From the IMG/VR virus record IMGVR_UViG_3300032320_002688, positions 64,001 through 76,643 of that record: 12,643 bases of DNA; one strand, given 5' to 3'. Below the pieces are notes generated by a model, which was not told the origin of the DNA, did not search any database, and was given only the letters and a program-made list of their open reading frames with translations. Shown piece after piece: positions 1 through 6,541 of this stretch (position 1 is its first letter; each line of letters opens with the position of its first letter). A program made the position numbers and the translations under genes. This DNA comes from a virus. Lineage: Duplodnaviria; Heunggongvirae; Uroviricota; Caudoviricetes.

Positions 1-2756
1 ACTGCTAAGTTAGCCATAGGATAAGCTGCTCCTTTTACTATATCTTTACCTAATTTAGAGGTATCTACTTTTTCGCCTGCTGCTTTTCTAGATTTAGCAT
101 CACTTATAGTACCAGCAATATTAGAAACTCCTTCAATACCTGCCATAATAGGACCTAAAAATTTGCCTATTACTTTTAAAGAACTTTTAACAGGACCTGC
201 AGCGGCCTCTAAACCAGCAGCACCTGCTTTTTTAATACCACCCCAAGCCCAACCACCAAAACTTTTAAGCCCACCCCATGCTTTACTTAAAAGACTGCCT
301 CCACCTTTCATTAAGCTTGAGCCCATACTTTTAAGTCCACCTAAAGCTTTGCTACCAACACCTTTTATTGAGTTCCATGCTTTTGAAAAAAATCCACCAC
401 CACCGCCACCACCACCACCTTTCGGGGCAGCACTAGGAGCAGCACTTGGTGCTTTAGGAGCTCCACCTGATTTTAAACCTTTAACATCTGAAGCAATATC
501 ACCAGCATCCATTCCTGTTTCCACCATTGCCGCATCATCATCACTCATCATTGATAATCCTAAACTAGAACCTAAACCAAGCAATGCACTACTTCTTCCT
601 CTTCCTCTTCCTCTTATTCTACCACCTCTACTACCTCTACCTCCTCTTCCTCTTCTACCTCTTCTTCCTCTTCTTCCACCTCCACCACCACCAGAGCCAC
701 CATCTCCACCAGACCCACCTCCAACAATATCAACATACGTTGGCCTACTAGGTGATTCACCTCTCTTACCCTTAAATACATTACCAAGATTTCTTATCAA
801 CATCATCCCACCACCTATTAAGGCACCAGCACCTATTACTACACCAAAAAGGCTACCTAATGAACTTACACCAGGTATTGCACCTAAGTAACCCATTATT
901 TTGCCAACAAAACCTAATGCAGATGCTAACCCATCAACCATAGCTCCTAAAGGACCTTCCATTAATGAGGTAAAACCATCTTTCATTTTCTGAACTGATT
1001 CTTCTAATTTCTGTTGGGAACTTACTTGTGCTTTAGATAATTCATAGCTTTTACCAGCTACAATTCCTGCTTCAATGTCGTCGGCTAGTTTTCCTTTGCC
1101 TTCTTTTCTCATCTTAGCAAGCTCATTTTTCTGGTTTGTGCCTATTTTAGCTAATTTTTCTTGCTTAATAAGGGAATTTGCTAATTCATCAGATGTCATA
1201 CCTAATGACTTAGCTAAGGCATCCTGCTGAATTCTATTCATTTGAGTAAATTCAGCTGATCCTTTTACATTTTTAAGTACTTCAGCAGCCGCACCTGCGG
1301 TGTCACCTTGCATTGCTAGATATCTTGCTTGATTTAAGTTAAGATCTTTGCCTATTAATGCTTCTGCTTCATATTCATTAGTTAATGAAGATTCAATATC
1401 AAGAAGTTGATCAGATATGTTTTTAGTTTGTTCTAAAGATAAGCCTAACTTTTGTGATTGAACAACAGCTTGAGCAATTAATTTAGGACTATTTTGATAG
1501 AATAAAGCTAATTGACCTGAGGTTTTAGCTACTTCTTGAATTATTTTTTTATTATTAAGTAAACCTTTGTTTTGTCCGGTAATATCCTTTAATACTTCTT
1601 CCTGACTTTGGCCTTGCAACATAGCATATTCTGAAATTTTAGCAGCTTCATCAGCTTGTAAACCTAAAACATCAGTTAATTCAACTTGTCCTTCAATTAA
1701 TTCAGCACTCATTATAGCTGTGGTGCCCATTGATTCGTTAAGTTGATTATTAGCCTCTAAAGCGCTGTGATTGTTAACACCTAATGCATGTGCGTTAGCA
1801 GCAATATCTCTAGTATAATCAACCATTGCTTTAGCGCCTTGGGCACTTACAGCATAATTCTTTCCAGTGTCGGCTATAGCTTTACTATAGGCCATTCCAA
1901 TATCAAAAAGTGATTTTGCTACTTTATATAATAAAGTTATTTGGACAAGAGGATCTTTTAATGAATTCATTAATCCCTTTCCTATACTTCCTAATCCTGC
2001 TCCTAATACACTCCATTTACTACTACCAGCTTCCTTAGCAGCACTTCTTAAGTCTTTGTTTATATCTTCAAAGTATTTACTTTGAATACCTACTTTTTCA
2101 AAAACTTTAGTAATACCACCCATTATACTTCCGGTAAGACCAAGAGATTTTTGGATGCGTTCTTCTTCTTTTCTTTCCTTTTCAGTTAAAGGAACTATTT
2201 GATTTAAATAACTTATTTTATCTTCTAATGCCTGAGATATTTCATCAGTGTAAGATGATATTTTTTTATATTCTTCTGTTTCTTTAGCTGATGCTTTTCC
2301 ACTTTTTATCTTAGCGGCTAATATATCTGCTTCTGCTTTGGCTTGTTTATAGTTAATGTCTAAAGCTTCTTTTTCCTTTTTAACCTTTTTTTCAAGTTCC
2401 TTTAATTCTTTAACAGTAAGAACATTTTCCTCTTCTCTGTGTTTTTGGAGTTTACCAGCTAAATCCTCTAATTTGTTGAAATTACGAGTTAGTAAGGTTG
2501 AAGTTTTAACACTCCCATTAATATCAGCAACTATATTTTTTAAAGTACTGGCAATGTTTCCAAAAGCATTTCTTAAATCATCAACTTCGCCTTCCATCAA
2601 TTTAATTTGTTTGGTAGCGTCTTGAAGATTATTCCCCAATGCTTGCACAACTTGGTTAACATTTTTAAAACCTTCACCACCCAAACGTTTAATTTCAGCG
2701 TCTAGTTCTTGAATGCGTTTTTTCGCGTTATTTAAGTCTTGTGTATTGTCTGCCAT
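1..2756 (-). CDS. Tail tape measure protein, partial (918 full codons in window; runs off the left edge)
   Basis: ATG at 2756 (MADNTQDLNNAKKRIQELDAEIKRLGG...), and the frame is open to position 1 by my hand translation. It has a long Ala/Glu/Lys/Gln-rich helical N-terminal part, a hydrophobic Gly/Ala/Leu stretch (956..795, GPLGAMVDGLASALGFVGKIMGYLGAIPGVSSLGSLFGVVIGAGALIGGGMMLI) and 11-residue Trp-containing repeats. It sits in the canonical position after sheath, tube and chaperone. Confidence 0.9.
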   Translation of the reverse strand, partial: MADNTQDLNNAKKRIQELDAEIKRLGGEGFKNVNQVVQALGNNLQDATKQIKLMEGEVDDLRNAFGNIASTLKNIVADINGSVKTSTLLTRNFNKLEDLAGKLQKHREEENVLTVKELKELEKKVKKEKEALDINYKQAKAEADILAAKIKSGKASAKETEEYKKISSYTDEISQALEDKISYLNQIVPLTEKERKEEERIQKSLGLTGSIMGGITKVFEKVGIQSKYFEDINKDLRSAAKEAGSSKWSVLGAGLGSIGKGLMNSLKDPLVQITLLYKVAKSLFDIGMAYSKAIADTGKNYAVSAQGAKAMVDYTRDIAANAHALGVNNHSALEANNQLNESMGTTAIMSAELIEGQVELTDVLGLQADEAAKISEYAMLQGQSQEEVLKDITGQNKGLLNNKKIIQEVAKTSGQLALFYQNSPKLIAQAVVQSQKLGLSLEQTKNISDQLLDIESSLTNEYEAEALIGKDLNLNQARYLAMQGDTAGAAAEVLKNVKGSAEFTQMNRIQQDALAKSLGMTSDELANSLIKQEKLAKIGTNQKNELAKMRKEGKGKLADDIEAGIVAGKSYELSKAQVSSQQKLEESVQKMKDGFTSLMEGPLGAMVDGLASALGFVGKIMGYLGAIPGVSSLGSLFGVVIGAGALIGGGMMLIRNLGNVFKGKRGESPSRPTYVDIVGGGSGGDGGSGGGGGGRRGRRGRRGRGGRGSRGGRIRGRGRGRSSALLGLGSSLGLSMMSDDDAAMVETGMDAGDIASDVKGLKSGGAPKAPSAAPSAAPKGGGGGGGGGFFSKAWNSIKGVGSKALGGLKSMGSSLMKGGGSLLSKAWGGLKSFGGWAWGGIKKAGAAGLEAAAGPVKSSLKVIGKFLGPIMAGIEGVSNIAGTISDAKSRKAAGEKVDTSKLGKDIVKGAAYPMANLA
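222..386 (-). repeat. 11-residue amphipathic repeats in the tape measure protein
   Basis: SKAWNSIKGVG / SKALGGLKSMG / SSLMKGGGSLL / SKAWGGLKSFG / GWAWGGIKKAG. An 11-aa period with aromatic anchors is typical of tape measure proteins. Confidence 0.75.
594..722 (-). repeat. Gly-rich linker followed by an RG/RGG low-complexity box in the tape measure protein
   Basis: GGGSGGDGGSGGGGGG then RRGRRGRRGRGGRGSRGGRIRGRGRGR (674..594; 14 Arg and 11 Gly in 27 aa). It appears on the + strand as a pyrimidine-rich cct/ctt tract. Confidence 0.85.
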
Positions 2757-2763
2757 ATCGTAG

Positions 2764-2771
2764 ATAAATAT
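2764..2771 (-). promoter_or_regulatory. ATATTTAT motif upstream of the tape measure gene (candidate phage late promoter)
   Basis: The same 8-mer occurs upstream of five gene starts. Here it is 7 nt before the ATG. Confidence 0.5.
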
Positions 2772-2798
2772 TAAGGCACCTAGGGATTAGGTGCCTTA
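2772..2798 (-). terminator. Perfect 11-bp hairpin (terminator-like or processing site)
   Basis: TAAGGCACCTA-5 nt loop-TAGGTGCCTTA. It contains the stop codon of the 2780..3061 frame and is followed by an A/U-rich tail on the minus strand. Confidence 0.65.
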
Positions 2799-3061
2799 TT
2801 TGTAGTAGTATATGCGGTTTTTGGCGCAATATTCGGTCGAGCTATTTCTTTTTTAGAGGTTTGTTGATTGGTCATTATATTGTCGCGCTCGTCTTGTTTT
2901 TCTTTAATTTGATCAAAATGTTCTTTTAATGAATTAAAAGTAAATGTTCTTAACCAAACGGGCATTTCATATACAGTGTGCCAATCATATCCGCCACCCC
3001 CATGAAAAACTATCTCATGTATTGTTTTGAATAGATTAATTCTATATGTTGGCGTCAGGCC
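2780..3061 (-). CDS. Tail chaperone extension (lambda gpT / T4 gp51-like segment), probably reached by frameshift from the upstream chaperone
   Basis: The frame is open from 3076 to the stop at 2780, 32 codons beyond the first ATG at 2965: GLTPTYRINLFKTIHEIVFHGGGGYDWHTVYEMPVWLRTFTFNSLKEHF... It carries an MPxWxR motif like that of gp51-type proteins and lies between the chaperone and tape measure genes. Confidence 0.7.
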   Translation of the reverse strand, partial: GLTPTYRINLFKTIHEIVFHGGGGYDWHTVYEMPVWLRTFTFNSLKEHFDQIKEKQDERDNIMTNQQTSKKEIARPNIAPKTAYTTTNKAPNP

Positions 3062-3836
3062 AAAAAAAGTTAACTCCTATGGAGATTTCTACGCCCTCCT
3101 CTACGTAACCATCAACTTCAATAGTAGTTTTTAAATCAACATCAGGAACAACTTCTTTATAGTATTGTCTAAATGCTCTTAAATCCTTGGCTAAGAAATA
3201 ATTGTCTACGAACTCACGAACTGTTTTTCTATCTGTATCACCATCTACTGATGTGATAATATATTTCATTCTTGTTGATACTTCTGAAGGTGCTGAATTT
3301 ACTTTTTGTAAACCCTTAATTTCACGATCGATTGATTGTTCGTCACCATGAGTTAATGCTTTAAAAGTAACAGTAGTTTTTGTACTTGGTAGAGTAAATT
3401 CAAATGAATTACTACCTTTAGTAATTAAATCTTCTCTTAGTGGTTTGTTTTCTAAAGAAGTTAAGTCAACACTTACTTTTTTAACACCATCCCAATCAGG
3501 ATGTTCATACTCAAATTCATAATCTTTACCATAACCTAAAATACGAGCAGCAATTAATATAGCGTTTTTATCGCCAATTAATAAGTCACTATAGTTGATT
3601 TTAGTAACGAGTAATGATTGAAGTAACTTGTCAATCACAGTACCTTGTCTAAGGTAGTTTTGGTTTGATAAAATATCTTCTTCCTTAGCGGTCATATATT
3701 TTATTTCTACTTTCCCACTTGCTAATGGATTTCCTTCTGGATATAACAATCCTTTAGAGGGTAAGTCAACTATTTCTGTTGGGAATTTAAATTTAGGCTC
3801 TGCAGGGCCTACGTTTGATACATAATCTTGATTCAT
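3042..3836 (-). CDS. Tail assembly chaperone (T4 gp26-like baseplate hub/tail assembly chaperone), 264 aa
   Basis: Motifs VDLPSKGLLY, IKYMTAKEEDIL, LLIGDKNAILIAARILGYG, FEFTLP and terminal NFFWPD. It lies between the tube and tape measure genes. Confidence 0.8.
   Translation of the reverse strand: MNQDYVSNVGPAEPKFKFPTEIVDLPSKGLLYPEGNPLASGKVEIKYMTAKEEDILSNQNYLRQGTVIDKLLQSLLVTKINYSDLLIGDKNAILIAARILGYGKDYEFEYEHPDWDGVKKVSVDLTSLENKPLREDLITKGSNSFEFTLPSTKTTVTFKALTHGDEQSIDREIKGLQKVNSAPSEVSTRMKYIITSVDGDTDRKTVREFVDNYFLAKDLRAFRQYYKEVVPDVDLKTTIEVDGYVEEGVEISIGVNFFWPDANI
3062..3068 (-). other. Candidate slippery site (U7 run; AAC UUU UUU UGG)
   Basis: The run lies in the overlap between the chaperone C-terminus and the +1 frame, which opens just after a TAG at 3079..3077. 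Confidence 0.55.
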
Positions 3837-3858
3837 AATTATAACGTTATTGTTTGAT

Positions 3859-3866
3859 ATAAATAT
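3859..3866 (-). promoter_or_regulatory. ATATTTAT motif upstream of the tail assembly chaperone
   Basis: Recurrent intergenic 8-mer, 22 nt before the ATG. Confidence 0.5.
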
Positions 3867-3892
3867 ATATAATACAAGGAAAGCAAGAAGAA

Positions 3893-3914
3893 GGCGTTAG
3901 ATTTCTCTAACGCC
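3893..3914 (-). terminator. Intrinsic terminator after the tail tube gene
   Basis: Minus strand GGCGTTAGA-GAAA-TCTAACGCC (9-bp stem, GNRA loop), followed by TTCTTCTTGCTTT. Confidence 0.8.
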
Positions 3915-3939
3915 AATTCTTTATTATCTACTGTTATTA

Positions 3940-4425
3940 TTAGAAATTCAATATACAGTAATCCATAGCAACTGTTACTGATAAGCTGATCGCAGCATCT
4001 GCTGTCCAATCATAATCACCGAATGTTGCTGTTTTAACGTAAGCACCTTTGATAATCCATTCAGAAACGATATCGCCTACTGGACCTAAGATGTCTAATG
4101 TTAAATCTTTCTTATAAAAATCAGAATAACCATCACGGCCTGTTACTGATTCGTGTGCTAAACGAGCCCACTCCATTACTGCTTGAGCACCTGAAGGAAC
4201 TACTGGATCATAAAGTTCTAAAGTGATATCGTTCCAACGAACTTTACCTTTTACTTTACGGTAAACGTTCATATGGTCTAATATGATTTCACCAGCTTCA
4301 AATCCCGGAGCAGAAGCCTTTTTGATTAAATAAGAAGGGATACCATCCACATATAATATAAAGCGATTCTGAACTTTAGGTTCGAACGCTGTGAACATGA
4401 TTTCGTTCGGGTTTAATACTGCCAT
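3940..4425 (-). CDS. Tail tube protein (T4 gp19-like family), 161 aa
   Basis: FEPKVQNRF, KVKGKVRWNDITLELYDP, WIIKGAY, FGDYDW and VAMDY motifs. Typical size, directly downstream of the sheath gene. Confidence 0.9.
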   Translation of the reverse strand: MAVLNPNEIMFTAFEPKVQNRFILYVDGIPSYLIKKASAPGFEAGEIILDHMNVYRKVKGKVRWNDITLELYDPVVPSGAQAVMEWARLAHESVTGRDGYSDFYKKDLTLDILGPVGDIVSEWIIKGAYVKTATFGDYDWTADAAISLSVTVAMDYCILNF

Positions 4426-4443
4426 TTTACTCTGTTATTTAAT

Positions 4444-4451
4444 ATAAATAT
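4444..4451 (-). promoter_or_regulatory. ATATTTAT motif upstream of the tail tube gene
   Basis: Recurrent intergenic 8-mer, 18 nt before the ATG. Confidence 0.5.
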
Positions 4452-4466
4452 TGTTAATTTATTTTC

Positions 4467-6221
4467 TTACGCAAACTGAACACCAGTTGGGGTAATGTTG
4501 AAATCTAGGATAATAAATTCAGCTGTTTTAGTTGGTTGTAAATAAATTGCACCTACTAATTGATTTCTATCAATTGTTTCAGCTGTGTTATTTGATTCGT
4601 CCATTACTACCTTATAAGCATATAAACCTTGTTTTTGTTGTACGTTTTCTAAGTACGGGTTAACTTGGTTTAAGAACTTATTACGAGTTGTTGCTGTATT
4701 TTGTTCGAATACTAAATTATCAGCAATGTTACCAATGTATCTCTTTAATGTGATTAATAAACGACGAACGTTTACACGGTCAAGAGCTGAAGCTTTAGTT
4801 TGTAAAGTCTTTTGACCAAATGCTACAACACCCTGTCCAGGGAAAGTAGCTAATGGGTTAACTTTGTTGATATATAAGTTATCACGATCTGATGGTGATA
4901 ATTTTCTTTCTGCTTGAATTACACCTGATAATCCACCACGGTTGAAACCTGCAGGTGCGAACCATGTTTCTGCTACTTTATCGTTGTAAGCATAAACACC
5001 ACACATTACTGTAGAAGCAGGAACAAATACTAATTTACCAGTTTCTTGAGATAAAACTTGAACCCAAGGCCAGTAAGTAGCACCATATGATGAATCGTAG
5101 CTATTTGCTGCGGTATCAACTGCGGAAATCGGAGCACCATAGTTTACCATATCAACAATTGCCATTGTATCACCTCTGTTTTCACAGTTAGCCATTAATG
5201 TACTTAATACACCAGGACCGTTTTGATAAGTTACACCTGGTAAAGCAACCCATGAATAATCGTATTCATCAGGATTTGAAAGTAAATCTACTACTTCAGT
5301 GTAGTCGCTACTTGATAAACCTTGAATATTAACAGAATCGATTTGGTTAAACATTTTTAATCCTAAAGAAGCACCACTACCATTTCCAAATAAAGGACCT
5401 GTAGCGCCACCAAAAGCACCACCTTCAGATCCTGAACCTACTTGAGGTAAAGAAGCTGTGTATGCAGGATTAAATGTACCGTTGTTTAATAAATAGTTTG
5501 GTGTAGGATTTTGTACATTTTTAACACGTACATATCTACTTTGGTTTACATAAGAACCAGTAACTTGTAATACTAAATTACCATCAACGTCAGTAATTAA
5601 ATTTTGAGATTGGTTACCAATTACATATTCAATATAGTTTGGTGAATTTGGATCTAATGAAAGATTTAACCAAGTTTCAACTACTAATTGTTGGTTTTGA
5701 GTATCATTACCTTGACGTAAGATTAAGTTAAATGTACCTGAACCTGTGTTTACGTTAGTAACGCTCCAACGAATATTATTTGCTGAACCACTAACTAATG
5801 CTTGACCTGATAAGATTGTACCAGCGTTATTCATAATAACACCATCTGAAAGTGTTTCAAGGGAAAATGAAGACGATGCTACGTTTCCACCTATTGTAAG
5901 TACTTGAGATGAAGTTGCTGGTGTGTATCCTGCTGTTGAGCCAGATACTACTCTTGTTACTAATAAAGATTCGCCACCTTGTTGGAAGTAGTTGTATGCA
6001 GCAATTGAGGTTAAATACTCAAGAGTCACACCACCACTAATGAAAGATGCTCCAAATTTATTTTTGTAATCAGAATATGAAGTTACCAATGATGGTACTT
6101 GTACTGGGCCCTTAACTGTAGGGCCAACAATTGCAGCACCAACGGTAATAGGACCTGAAGATACCTGTGATTGATCATTTTCGCGTGTCAATACGCCAGG
6201 AGATAATAAAGTTTCAGCCAT
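4467..6221 (-). CDS. Contractile tail sheath protein, 584 aa
   Basis: N-terminal SPGVxxRExDxS. C-terminal sheath motifs WFAPAGFNRG, FGQKTL, RVNVRRL, VFEQN, NNTAETIDRN and IYLQPTKTAEFIILDF. Confidence 0.95.
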   Translation of the reverse strand: MAETLLSPGVLTRENDQSQVSSGPITVGAAIVGPTVKGPVQVPSLVTSYSDYKNKFGASFISGGVTLEYLTSIAAYNYFQQGGESLLVTRVVSGSTAGYTPATSSQVLTIGGNVASSSFSLETLSDGVIMNNAGTILSGQALVSGSANNIRWSVTNVNTGSGTFNLILRQGNDTQNQQLVVETWLNLSLDPNSPNYIEYVIGNQSQNLITDVDGNLVLQVTGSYVNQSRYVRVKNVQNPTPNYLLNNGTFNPAYTASLPQVGSGSEGGAFGGATGPLFGNGSGASLGLKMFNQIDSVNIQGLSSSDYTEVVDLLSNPDEYDYSWVALPGVTYQNGPGVLSTLMANCENRGDTMAIVDMVNYGAPISAVDTAANSYDSSYGATYWPWVQVLSQETGKLVFVPASTVMCGVYAYNDKVAETWFAPAGFNRGGLSGVIQAERKLSPSDRDNLYINKVNPLATFPGQGVVAFGQKTLQTKASALDRVNVRRLLITLKRYIGNIADNLVFEQNTATTRNKFLNQVNPYLENVQQKQGLYAYKVVMDESNNTAETIDRNQLVGAIYLQPTKTAEFIILDFNITPTGVQFA

Positions 6222-6244
6222 GTTTTAATAGTATTTTATCAACG

Positions 6245-6252
6245 ATAAATAT
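6245..6252 (-). promoter_or_regulatory. ATATTTAT motif upstream of the sheath gene
   Basis: Recurrent intergenic 8-mer, 23 nt before the ATG. Confidence 0.5.
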
Positions 6253-6269
6253 ATGAAAACTGGTTAAAA

Positions 6270-6539
6270 CTAAGCAACAATAGCTTCTAATGCGCCTGTT
6301 TTTAAATCGATTTTATTATCACCATATTTTTCAGATATACGTTGAGATACTTCATATTCACCCTGTACAACTTGATTAAATTGAAGTTCTAACGTTTGCT
6401 TTTGGGCATCTAAACGTAATTTTTCATATTCAAGTTCGCCCAAGGCATATATTAAACTTTGCTTGGCTTGCTGAAGATCTTTAAGTTCTTTTAATTCTTC
6501 TTCGGTAATTGTGGTTGGTTTGTCTTGTATAATTCCCAT
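6270..6539 (-). CDS. Small coiled-coil protein of unknown function, 89 aa
   Basis: Heptad-like Leu/Gln/Glu helix followed by EKYGDNKIDLKTG. The ATG is 2 nt after the stop of the upstream enzyme, and the gene is on the same strand as its neighbours. Confidence 0.8.
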   Translation of the reverse strand: MGIIQDKPTTITEEELKELKDLQQAKQSLIYALGELEYEKLRLDAQKQTLELQFNQVVQGEYEVSQRISEKYGDNKIDLKTGALEAIVA

Positions 6540-6541
6540 AA

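Noticed and set aside
163-891. 242-aa Pro/Leu-rich plus-strand ORF that resembles an extensin or formin-like protein
   Set aside because: Antisense shadow of the Gly/Arg-rich part of the tape measure gene (GGN and AGR codons read backwards).
2356-2625. 89-aa plus-strand ORF
   Set aside because: Antisense to the tape measure gene; Ser/Phe/Leu composition mirrors Lys/Glu codons.
3062-3068. Canonical -1 lambda-type frameshift
   Set aside because: The -1 frame hits TGA two codons later (3057..3055), and there is no in-frame X XXY YYZ heptamer.
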